Virus record (IMG/VR): IMGVR_UViG_3300038701_002640
Coordinates: 1-56,712 of that record
DNA length: 56,712 nt
DNA from: a virus
Reading direction: 5' to 3' (one strand)
The notes beneath the pieces were generated by a model. The model did not search any database and had not been told where the DNA came from. It saw only the letters and a program-made list of their open reading frames with translations. Positions 41,772 through 50,194 of this stretch are shown piece after piece (position 1 is the first letter of the stretch; each line of letters opens with the position of its first letter). A program made the position numbers and the translations under genes.

Positions 41772-41871
41772 TCTTAATCTCCTTACGTAATTGACTAGAC
41801 TTAAAATGATACCAGTATCTTCTAATTATTCCCTTAATAATAGAAACTAAAAAATTTATATAAGCCTTCAT
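41659..41871 (-). CDS. Small protein with a hydrophobic N-terminus and charged tail, overlapping 41460..41771 out of frame
   Basis: ORF track. AYINFLVSIIKGII followed by a K/E-rich sequence. The overlap is 113 nt. Confidence 0.4.
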   Translation of the reverse strand: MKAYINFLVSIIKGIIRRYWYHFKSSQLRKEIKSEKNKLEHVEKESTNAVDDFKSYYDEYKSSKSDKTEL

Positions 41872-41873
41872 AA

Positions 41874-42194
41874 TTATTTTCCTTTTACTTCTTTTTTACA
41901 ATCTGGACAAAACCAAAACTCTAAAGTAGTAAATATTTTATTTAAATAAGCATCCTCATGCTTACAAGGAATATCGGGTAAATCGGACACTATAAGAGAC
42001 AATTCCTTCTCTTCGGCAAAAGAGACCAACATGTTATCCTGAACTTCATCATACTTTATTCGATACTCCATCTCTCCTACAAAGTTTAAGTCAAAAACTT
42101 CCACCACTGTTGCAAGACTAGATTTATTAACCAGCACTCTATCCCCAGGCTTAAACTTAGCGTTACCTAAAAAGTGTAATTGATCATTCGACAT
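41874..42194 (-). CDS. Hypothetical protein
   Basis: ORF track. C-terminal CPDCKK zinc-knuckle-like motif. Confidence 0.5.
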   Translation of the reverse strand: MSNDQLHFLGNAKFKPGDRVLVNKSSLATVVEVFDLNFVGEMEYRIKYDEVQDNMLVSFAEEKELSLIVSDLPDIPCKHEDAYLNKIFTTLEFWFCPDCKKEVKGK

Positions 42195-42202
42195 ACAACC
42201 CC

Positions 42203-44503
42203 CTAATGAGCTTCGTAAAAGTCTAATCCAATCTCAGCAGGAGCCTTCAAAGGAATAGATATCTTATATGTATTTTCCATTAAATATTGAACTGTCTTCT
42301 GCCATTTCTTAGCTTCAGACTTAGGTACTCTAACCACAATCTGATCATGAATCTGGGCACATACATAGCCTTTAGACCCTTGTCTCTTTAACTCTCTAGC
42401 TATAGCAATACAAGCTCTATTAGTAATAGAAGCTGCCAAGCTCTGTATTTGAAAGTTCTTAGCATTATTCAAAAAGTTCTTTAACTGCTTCCTCTTCCAC
42501 TTCAAACTATCGTATTTCTTAGGATTGTCATTCCACTTTTCCCATAATTTCAAAGGATCAATAACAGTTCCATCCGCATTAAATAAACAATTTCGATCTA
42601 CTTCATTGTACCAGAAAGCTTTAGCCATTTTAAATCGTCTAGTTCTGCCAGCTTCTGACTTAACTTGCCCCTTATGAATACACTGCTCATTACTTCTATC
42701 CATCCATCTAGCCAAGTTAGGATAAGCAGCTAGATACTTCGCAATAAGTTTCTCAGCTTCTCTCTGCCTAACATCAATAGTCTTAGACAATTTAAAAGCC
42801 TCCATACCATACGGTATACCTAATGCATAAGCTTTTGCCTGCTGTCGTTTTAACTTATCTACCTTACCTAGATAATCTTCAGACTTTTTATCAGCACTGA
42901 CTCCATCTAAGTTCTCAGTATCAATAGCAATAGTAGAGTAAAAATCATTCCCTTTTAAGAAAATATCTTTAAGACCTTTGTCCCCACTAACATGAGCAAA
43001 CACATGCGGCTCCAGAGACTCATAATCGGCATCAACAAACACATGATCCTCACCCGATATAAAAAACTTCCTCATTCTATTTGTATGCTTAATCACAACA
43101 TCAGAAGCTTGTCCCGGCTCCAACGGTCTGGGAATCTGCTGTATATCAGATCCATACCTTCCACTAATAGTCCTATGCTGGAAAAACCTAGGGTAAAAAA
43201 TCCCCTCTTCTTGATCGTCTAAGAATCTGTCAATATAAGAACCTTTAAGTTTAATAAGCTTATTGTAATCCAACAGCAAAGGAACCCAATCGTACTTGTC
43301 TTTAACAGAGTGTAAAAATAAGTGATCAACTTGAGGGTTACCCTTAGCAGTCTTAGAAATAGGAGTCTCCTTCAAATGGTCAAAAAACAACTTCTTCAAA
43401 TGATGCTTAGAAGACAAGTTAAACATATGCTCATCTCCAAACTCTTCTTTAAACAAACACATTTGAACGTCTTTAATGACATCATCAGGCAGAGTAGACT
43501 CCTCACCCAATAAATAATCCTTATAAAAAGAAGGCTCCAATCGCTCAAGGTTAGAATTAGTCAAACTGAAACGACCAGATTTGGTCTTAGGTAAATCCAG
43601 TTGAGCATACTCAGAGAGCACCTGAGCGAAGGAGCCAGATCTTTTAGGAGGGAATTTCAGCCATAAAAACCAATGCTCAAAATCCTCAAGCATAGGTTTA
43701 ATAGCGGACTGAATCTCACTTTCTAAGGTATTTAGATCTTTAATTATATCTTCTTTTGCTATCTTCAAAGAAGGAACATCTACAGGTATACCTCTTTGTT
43801 CCATCGGTATAGTAACGTTCTTCAATAAAGGCATTACTTCATCTTTATAGAAAAAGCTTTCGAGTCTTTCTTCTCGAAGCTGTTTATTATAATAGTTAAA
43901 TATTCTTAATGTCAAATCAACATCGGCACAAGCATAGACACCTATCTTGTACATGTCAGCTTTATATAGTTCATATTTTCCTTTAGTAACGGAGCCGCCA
44001 TTAGCTTTAATAGACTCTACCATGTCTATCTGCTCTTGATTAGCTTCCTTTTCTACATCCAATCCAATATGTTTTTGTATCTTCTTAGCAATAGGCTTAA
44101 GTCCAAAAGGCATCTCCTCATCAACCGTATGCTTGAGCAATATAGTATCACAATACAATGCAGGAATCAAATCAACTTTAAAATTAGAATAGGTTATTCG
44201 ACAATCATAACTAGCATTATGCATGATCAGTTTCTTAGTCAATAACACTTTTAACATTTCCATAGCTCTTTTTTCACCCAAACTATGAAAAGGCTTTAAC
44301 TCCATATTTTCCCAGAAATATAAAGGAAGATAATACCCCACACCTTCAGCTCCACTAAAAGAAAAACCAATTACAGTATCCTTTCTTACGTTTAAACCAG
44401 TTGTCTCTGTATCGTAAGCCACAAACTCAGAAGCATTTAAATGCTCCATAGCAGCCCTAAAATCAGTAGAGTCTATTATAACTTTATAGTTCTTATCATT
44501 CAT
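42203..44503 (-). CDS. Family A DNA polymerase with a 3'-5' exonuclease domain
   Basis: Exo I AYDTETTGL, pol motif A DADYESLEPHVFAH, motif B RQQAKAYALGIPYG, motif C CAQIHDQIVV. Confidence 0.9.
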   Translation of the reverse strand: MNDKNYKVIIDSTDFRAAMEHLNASEFVAYDTETTGLNVRKDTVIGFSFSGAEGVGYYLPLYFWENMELKPFHSLGEKRAMEMLKVLLTKKLIMHNASYDCRITYSNFKVDLIPALYCDTILLKHTVDEEMPFGLKPIAKKIQKHIGLDVEKEANQEQIDMVESIKANGGSVTKGKYELYKADMYKIGVYACADVDLTLRIFNYYNKQLREERLESFFYKDEVMPLLKNVTIPMEQRGIPVDVPSLKIAKEDIIKDLNTLESEIQSAIKPMLEDFEHWFLWLKFPPKRSGSFAQVLSEYAQLDLPKTKSGRFSLTNSNLERLEPSFYKDYLLGEESTLPDDVIKDVQMCLFKEEFGDEHMFNLSSKHHLKKLFFDHLKETPISKTAKGNPQVDHLFLHSVKDKYDWVPLLLDYNKLIKLKGSYIDRFLDDQEEGIFYPRFFQHRTISGRYGSDIQQIPRPLEPGQASDVVIKHTNRMRKFFISGEDHVFVDADYESLEPHVFAHVSGDKGLKDIFLKGNDFYSTIAIDTENLDGVSADKKSEDYLGKVDKLKRQQAKAYALGIPYGMEAFKLSKTIDVRQREAEKLIAKYLAAYPNLARWMDRSNEQCIHKGQVKSEAGRTRRFKMAKAFWYNEVDRNCLFNADGTVIDPLKLWEKWNDNPKKYDSLKWKRKQLKNFLNNAKNFQIQSLAASITNRACIAIARELKRQGSKGYVCAQIHDQIVVRVPKSEAKKWQKTVQYLMENTYKISIPLKAPAEIGLDFYEAH

Positions 44504-44524
44504 GTTGATCCTTACAAATATAGT

Positions 44525-44716
44525 TTACTCTTTTCTCTCTAACTCTTCTTTACACATTCCTATAGTATCTTTAGCAGATAGTCCAAAACTATTTAAATAA
44601 AAAGTATGACACTCTCTCTTAACTTCTCTCCAAGATTGAGGCTTCTTAACCTCGACAACTTTTTTAGAAGCACAACTAGTTAAAGCAATTAATAAAAAAC
44701 AAATTAAAACTTTCAT
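44525..44716 (-). CDS. Small lipoprotein
   Basis: MKVLICFLLIALTSCASKK has a signal peptide plus lipobox L-T-S-C. Confidence 0.65.
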   Translation of the reverse strand: MKVLICFLLIALTSCASKKVVEVKKPQSWREVKRECHTFYLNSFGLSAKDTIGMCKEELERKE

Positions 44717-44803
44717 AAAACCCTCCAGTCCTCCGTAGTATTAGGGCAGTTTAAAGTCATACCCCAGGACTAAAAGCAGGCTTATTTCGGAGGAAAAATA
44801 AAT

Positions 44804-45208
44804 CTACTCAGCACCGTAAGCTACTTCAAAATTATGAGCTTCCTTACCTTTTCTAGGACCGCCTTGAATGACAACTTTACCATTGTAAGCAATCTGACAT
44901 AGGTCACCTGGACCGACGTTCTTCATAACAAAGTTAAGGTTACCAGCTCCGTTAACTACAACAGTAGTACCTTCACCAATTTCTCTTTCGTATCTGTCTT
45001 CGTCTTTATCTACACCGACGATTTTAGTTTTAGTATCTGCGATGATTTTAAAGTCTAGTTTACTATCATCATACTGATTAGGAAGAGATTCTACAAACTC
45101 TCCTTCTACTAAAATACCAGTAAAATTGGCTCTAGATAAGTCAGCCGGCTTTACAAATACAATACTTTGATCTGTAGATCCTGACTTGTGCTTAAAACGA
45201 TTACTCAT
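44804..45208 (-). CDS. Hypothetical protein (134 aa); an ssDNA-binding role is possible from position only
   Basis: ATG at 45208 is preceded by AAGGAG (MSNRFKHKSG...). It lies between the pol and exonuclease genes. No motif recognised. Confidence 0.5.
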   Translation of the reverse strand: MSNRFKHKSGSTDQSIVFVKPADLSRANFTGILVEGEFVESLPNQYDDSKLDFKIIADTKTKIVGVDKDEDRYEREIGEGTTVVVNGAGNLNFVMKNVGPGDLCQIAYNGKVVIQGGPRKGKEAHNFEVAYGAE

Positions 45209-45665
45209 TACATGCTCCTTTTCTTCCTTTCGAAGATTCTTGTTGTTCTGACCACATTTGTTCGAGGTCATTCTCAGTTATATTAGTTTGATGAACTACC
45301 TTACTTGGTAAATCATATTTTGTTCTATCATCTAGATTCTTACAAGTATAATCGTATTCTATTAACATTGCAACATTGGCTGCAGCATGCCATAAATGAC
45401 TTAGTCCAGACTCTTCATCAAAATCTGATTCAAAGGGAGAAGCCCACTTGTATACATGTCTTAATAGACATCCCAATACTGTAGTCCATTTCATGCCTCT
45501 TTCCCAGTTTCGAGCAGAGTACTTCTGAGCACCTACCCTTAAGACTTCACCCACTGCAAATACTAAACTCGGCGGTACCAATTCTAAGGGAATTTTATCA
45601 GAGTTCTTTCTCTCACCCTGACCATCTACCTTATTGCTCACACGAAACCCCAGCAGTACCGTCAT
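45201..45665 (-). CDS. dATP/dGTP diphosphohydrolase-like protein (DUF5664 / MazZ N-terminal-domain family)
   Basis: DKIPLELVPPSLVFAVGEVLRVGAQKYSARNWERGMKWTTVLGCLLRHVYKW...ESGLSHLWHAAANVAMLIEY matches the family pattern as I recall it (P..L.P...L..VA.VL.FGA.KY...NW..G......A..RH...W...ESG..HL.H...N...L). Confidence 0.55.
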   Translation of the reverse strand: MTVLLGFRVSNKVDGQGERKNSDKIPLELVPPSLVFAVGEVLRVGAQKYSARNWERGMKWTTVLGCLLRHVYKWASPFESDFDEESGLSHLWHAAANVAMLIEYDYTCKNLDDRTKYDLPSKVVHQTNITENDLEQMWSEQQESSKGRKGACNE

Positions 45666-45852
45666 CCAACATGTTTAGCAGCTTATGAAGTTCTTCGTCT
45701 GTCATTTTAATTAATCTTTTTAAATCAGAGTTAGAAAACAATGACGTATACTGATCTGTGTACAGTCTACCATATACTTGCTTTAATAATCTTAAATCCC
45801 TAATTCTTTCTAAAACTTTACTAGTTTTCATCTTACACCTCCAAAATTTCAT
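45631..45852 (-). CDS. Hypothetical protein
   Basis: ORF track. Confidence 0.45.
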   Translation of the reverse strand: MKFWRCKMKTSKVLERIRDLRLLKQVYGRLYTDQYTSLFSNSDLKRLIKMTDEELHKLLNMLDDGTAGVSCEQ

Positions 45853-46645
45853 AATCTTCGTCTAATACTATATTATCAGATTTATCCTTATTTGTCCAAA
45901 TGCCTGTTTCCTTACATTGCTTATATATATCTAAAGCCTTTTTTACCATGATATTACCTTTAACCATTGTATCCTGAGAAGCAAGGTAGACTTCGCACAT
46001 TTTATCCTTTTTACCCAACACAATGAAATAAAACTTAAAAGGCTTACCATAAAACTGACTAAAAAGTTTACAATAAAGTGCAGCCGATAAATCATATTTT
46101 AAGTTCTCAATGACCATTTTAAAACTATCCACATCAGAACCGTAACTAGTTGTTTTAACATCAGCTATATATCCCTTATCAATATTGATATAATCGGCTC
46201 TTACTTTTATATTAACTCCATCTATTATACCAGCAATCGAATGCTCAGGCAAGCCTCCAGATATTAGGTTCTTAGCGCAGCTCCTCTGCTCGTAAGCTTT
46301 AACCCATTGCTCAACCCTATGCTTCTGAGGCTTAGAAAGTATAATCTTACCTTGATTATCTTCCTTAAAAGTTTTCCAAACTGCTCCAGCCTTTCTAAAA
46401 CCGTCGAAAAAAGCGTACTCCTCAGGAATGTTCTGTGGCTCTAAGATTAAACTATGAGCATAATTTCCTTCGTCAAAAGCATTCTTCTGGATATTCTCTC
46501 GATTACCATCTAGAATTTCATGCTTAAACTTTTCTACATCAGTAAGTAATAATTTTAAATTTGAAGAACTAAGAAAGTTCTTGTCACCATGGTACTCATT
46601 ATTAGTACAATTGTTGACACCCATTTTAAGTTTAAAATCACTCAT
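45833..46645 (-). CDS. PD-(D/E)XK exonuclease (Exo VIII / DUF3799-like)
   Basis: ATG at 46645 follows AAGGAG (MSDFKLKMG...). Motifs are NEYHGDKNFLSSSNLKLL and ADYINIDKGYIADVKTT. Confidence 0.6.
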   Translation of the reverse strand: MSDFKLKMGVNNCTNNEYHGDKNFLSSSNLKLLLTDVEKFKHEILDGNRENIQKNAFDEGNYAHSLILEPQNIPEEYAFFDGFRKAGAVWKTFKEDNQGKIILSKPQKHRVEQWVKAYEQRSCAKNLISGGLPEHSIAGIIDGVNIKVRADYINIDKGYIADVKTTSYGSDVDSFKMVIENLKYDLSAALYCKLFSQFYGKPFKFYFIVLGKKDKMCEVYLASQDTMVKGNIMVKKALDIYKQCKETGIWTNKDKSDNIVLDEDYEILEV

Positions 46646-46829
46646 CGTTATTCTCCTTATAGGCATCAAAAGCAACACCTTCTAAATCTAAAAAACATTC
46701 TTCACATACCCAATCAATCCCATGATCCCTGAAGAAATCTTTCCTAGAATGAAGAGTTTTTTTAACATCTTTTTGACAATTATCACATTTATGATCCATA
46801 GCTATTCTCCTAATATGATCAATTTCCAC
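46638..46829 (-). CDS. Small zinc-ribbon protein
   Basis: CDNCQKD ... WVCEECF. Confidence 0.5.
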   Translation of the reverse strand: MEIDHIRRIAMDHKCDNCQKDVKKTLHSRKDFFRDHGIDWVCEECFLDLEGVAFDAYKENNDE

Positions 46830-48163
46830 ACTTGTCTGTCGCCATCTAAAAGCTTTTTTACTTTAAAAGATTCAGGATACATAGCAGACAAAGTTTGAAA
46901 AGCGCCTCTTCCTGGTCTACACCTAGATCCAAACTCAGACTCTACTTCAAAACTAGCATCTTTAACTGTAACTTCCTTACCTTTATTAGAGTAGCAATAT
47001 TCTTCAATAAACCATTCTTGCCATACGTTAAGACTAGCAGACCTAATAACTTCAGTTCTATTAGATCTGAAAACACTCATCATTTTATTCTTATCGACTT
47101 CTCTAGTAAACAGAAAAAAAGCAAGCTGCTCAATATTCTCAGGCTCTAATAAACTACCTATTTTATTTTCGTCAAAAACACTAACTAGTTTTTTATCAGT
47201 AAGTTCGACTATACTAAATCTTCTATCATCCGAAGGTATTCTAATTGAATCTAAGTTATTAGAAGAGAAGTACAAACTACTGTAGTTTCTAGAAAGCTTT
47301 GCATCTACGCCTTTAGCTTCCACTTCAATATAATCATTTATAAGATCTTTAAGTTTGTTCTCCTGGTCAACCGAAGTTACCTTAAGCTCATCCAAATACA
47401 CAAGCCTCTTATCTTTTAACTGACCATTAAAGTCTTTAGTTATAAGCTTCTTATCCGTCTTAGAAAAGTTTGACTTACCTACTAGATTTTGCATTATAGA
47501 ACCAAGAACACCTTTACCGATACCTTGATTTCCAATAGTAGTCAGAATACAGTAATTTCTATTTTGCAGCATGTTAGATAACCAATCAATCAAGTACGTA
47601 TAAGACTCCTTATGATCATTAACTAAGTGCATAAAGAAAGTATGATACAATTTAGGTATCTTTTTAACAACCGGAATAGCTTTCTTACCTCCAGAGTAGA
47701 AAAAATCCTCAGCCCAAAACGGACACTTATACGTATTGAATTTCCACTGACCGTCAAACTTATGTAAGATTTTAGGAATATATGGATCATATTCAAATAA
47801 ACAAGTATACTTCTTATGAGACCACTTTAACTTCGGATCTATAATACCAGTTAATCTAGAAGGATTAATAGTAACAATATCTCTCTTCCTCAAATTAAAC
47901 ATATAGTATTTTTCTTCTTCAGCATCTTTATCTAAGATTATTTTAGAATCCATAAAAAACTGAATGAGGTCATAGTCAGGGTAATCATCACACACTCGCT
48001 CAACAGACTCATCTATTAAAATAGAATCATCTAAATTTTTAGCCAGAGCTCTTTTGATATCATCCTTAGAATAACCAAAAGGAATCAAGCTTCTTATCTT
48101 ATTTTCTATATCAAACGGCTTCACGCTTGTATCTCCCTTTTTGTTTGTAAGCATGCTGAACAC
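46802..48163 (-). CDS. SF3 (D5/VirE-like) replicative helicase
   Basis: Walker A TIGNQGIGKGVLGS and Walker B RLVYLDEL. It lies directly downstream of the AEP primase gene. Confidence 0.75.
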   Translation of the reverse strand: MFSMLTNKKGDTSVKPFDIENKIRSLIPFGYSKDDIKRALAKNLDDSILIDESVERVCDDYPDYDLIQFFMDSKIILDKDAEEEKYYMFNLRKRDIVTINPSRLTGIIDPKLKWSHKKYTCLFEYDPYIPKILHKFDGQWKFNTYKCPFWAEDFFYSGGKKAIPVVKKIPKLYHTFFMHLVNDHKESYTYLIDWLSNMLQNRNYCILTTIGNQGIGKGVLGSIMQNLVGKSNFSKTDKKLITKDFNGQLKDKRLVYLDELKVTSVDQENKLKDLINDYIEVEAKGVDAKLSRNYSSLYFSSNNLDSIRIPSDDRRFSIVELTDKKLVSVFDENKIGSLLEPENIEQLAFFLFTREVDKNKMMSVFRSNRTEVIRSASLNVWQEWFIEEYCYSNKGKEVTVKDASFEVESEFGSRCRPGRGAFQTLSAMYPESFKVKKLLDGDRQVWKLIILGE

Positions 48164-49058
48164 CTACGTACAACTTATGCCTAGGGTATCCTCTTTTAAT
48201 CAAACTAGAAAAAGTATACTGTTCCAAAAATTCGATAAATAATTCAAAAGAAACTCCAGTACTATCAATAGCCCATAAAGAAAGTTTATACAATTCGTTA
48301 TACATTCCAGCACTGGCAGCCCACGTTACTATAGTCAACTTTCTTAACAACTCAGCAGGGCAGGCAGCCTTAAAATCTTCTACAGAAAAGAACTCTTGCT
48401 CCGGAATAGAAGATTCCTCAAAAACAGTCTCAGCTATTTCAGGACATTCCCTTAACAAATCTTCAAACTTATAACGCTCCATTCGAGTACCGAGATATTT
48501 AACTTCTTGGACCTTACCGTTATCTCTAGTGAACCCAGGAAATCTAGATAATCTACTAGGATTCTTACAACTCTGATCTATATAGCCATTAGCAGGATAC
48601 TCTAATCTACCAGACTCTTTTATCTCTCTATTTAACAAAGCAGCCAGTCGTTTCCACACATGCTTATACTTCTGTATTCCGTCTAAAGTATGACATTCTC
48701 CAGCCACACTAGGTTCCACAGACAATATTGCATGCATTGATTTTCCACCCGAATAAACAATACTAGTAAATGGGATCTTAGAGTTTTTAAAAAACTCAAG
48801 CTGCAAATCTAATGGAACGTCATCCATTTCAAACATAAAGTTCCTAAACGCAATTACATTTAAATCAGCTCTTCTAGGCTTAGACTCTTCATACCTGTCT
48901 TTTAAAAAGAACCCATGATCCTTATGCAAGTCCAACGGATTAATAGTAAAAAAAGGACTAGGCTTAGGAACATCAGTTATTTTATTAGAATACTGATCAC
49001 CACAACATACACCTTCGCCTTCATTAAACAGTAATGAAAAAAATTCTTCCTGACTCAT
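48111..49058 (-). CDS. Archaeo-eukaryotic-type (AEP) primase
   Basis: Metal-binding motif FMFEMDD (DxD-like) and motif III VYSGGKSMHAIL (SGxxxH). Confidence 0.6.
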   Translation of the reverse strand: MSQEEFFSLLFNEGEGVCCGDQYSNKITDVPKPSPFFTINPLDLHKDHGFFLKDRYEESKPRRADLNVIAFRNFMFEMDDVPLDLQLEFFKNSKIPFTSIVYSGGKSMHAILSVEPSVAGECHTLDGIQKYKHVWKRLAALLNREIKESGRLEYPANGYIDQSCKNPSRLSRFPGFTRDNGKVQEVKYLGTRMERYKFEDLLRECPEIAETVFEESSIPEQEFFSVEDFKAACPAELLRKLTIVTWAASAGMYNELYKLSLWAIDSTGVSFELFIEFLEQYTFSSLIKRGYPRHKLYVGVQHAYKQKGRYKREAV

Positions 49059-49366
49059 CTATTGTCTCCTTTTCCAGAGATCTTACCTCGGTTTTTTCTA
49101 TCTTCAAGTTTACTTAAATTAGCTTCAGCGACTTCATCTAATTCCATCCCATAACAACGAGATAGTTGACTTAAATACCACAGTACATCTCCTAGTTCTT
49201 TTTGAAGATCATGCAGGCTCAAAGTTCCATCTCTGATACTTTTTTTAAGTTTTTCCATAACCTCACCAGTCTCACCGGATAAACCTAAAGCAAAATACAC
49301 AGAACTATTTTCTACAGATGGCAGAACAAATTCACTAGCTTTCTTTTGATACTCATTTAAATCCAT
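49055..49366 (-). CDS. mazG: MazG-like nucleotide pyrophosphohydrolase
   Basis: GLSGETGEVMEKLKK ... ELGDVLWYLSQL ... NLSKLEDR, the typical all-alpha MazG motifs. Confidence 0.8.
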   Translation of the reverse strand: MDLNEYQKKASEFVLPSVENSSVYFALGLSGETGEVMEKLKKSIRDGTLSLHDLQKELGDVLWYLSQLSRCYGMELDEVAEANLSKLEDRKNRGKISGKGDNR

Positions 49367-49983
49367 TCTAATGCCTTTGCTATTATTGGAAACTCTTTAC
49401 TAAATATTTCTTTACATTGTTTTGCAATTTCAATATGCTCTTTCTGCGTACCATTAGAAGTTCTAAGATTTATATAATGCATCCAGCTACGAAGATTACC
49501 ATTCATATAAAGCTTGCTAGTAGTACTCATAGGAAGTAAAAACCTAGCCTGTTCCTTTGCAATACCTCTATTCAAGGCTTCCTGATACATTTTATCGCTA
49601 TTGTTTTGCACCATCTGTTGAGCTAGTTCAAACCAATTCTTATCTTCATCTGACATATCATCAATAGAGTTTTGCCTATTCTTAGAATCTTGTCTTCTAG
49701 CATTGTAAGTTTCAAAACCTTGAGTCTTAGCATATCTTTGAGAAAATTCTTGAAAACAAAAACTTCTATGTCTCAATATCTGAGCACTAATAGCTCTAGA
49801 GGTTTCGATCTCTAAGCACATATTAGCCATTTCAAAAATACTCCAATGACCATGCTTAATACAATAACTTAACAACTTTGTATTCTTAGATCCTTGATGG
49901 CTACTAGATACTCTAGCACAATGCATAATTATATCTTCGGCATCCGGTGTAGCCGAAATTAGGTTTACTTTACTCATCTTCAA
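49357..49983 (-). CDS. thyX: Flavin-dependent thymidylate synthase ThyX
   Basis: ThyX signature RHRSFCFQEFSQRY (RHRxxSxxxxSxRY). Confidence 0.9.
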   Translation of the reverse strand: MKMSKVNLISATPDAEDIIMHCARVSSSHQGSKNTKLLSYCIKHGHWSIFEMANMCLEIETSRAISAQILRHRSFCFQEFSQRYAKTQGFETYNARRQDSKNRQNSIDDMSDEDKNWFELAQQMVQNNSDKMYQEALNRGIAKEQARFLLPMSTTSKLYMNGNLRSWMHYINLRTSNGTQKEHIEIAKQCKEIFSKEFPIIAKALEWI

Positions 49984-50194
49984 CTCCTTCTCTAAGCCAA
50001 GGTCTATTAAGAAATTCTAAAGATTGCAAGTCAAGTCCCCAATCTCTCTGTAGTATGTATATAATATTGTCCGATATGTTGTCAACAGTTCCATAGGAGA
50101 TACTATGGTCATGAAAACTTAATCCATGCTGAACAATTCCAGAAATTTCTTTTTTTAAGTCATCTACTTTATCGGACATGCTCCCCCCTCGCAC
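49970..50194 (-). CDS. Hypothetical small protein
   Basis: ORF track. It overlaps the RNR 3' end, and the likely start is the internal MSDKVDD. Confidence 0.45.
   Translation of the reverse strand: MRGGSMSDKVDDLKKEISGIVQHGLSFHDHSISYGTVDNISDNIIYILQRDWGLDLQSLEFLNRPWLREGVEDE

Noticed and set aside
45201-45665. Z-genome (2-aminoadenine) biosynthesis, suggested by the MazZ-like domain.
   Set aside because: I recognised no PurZ (adenylosuccinate-synthetase-like) or DatZ ORF anywhere in the genome. The domain alone is widespread in phages with canonical DNA.
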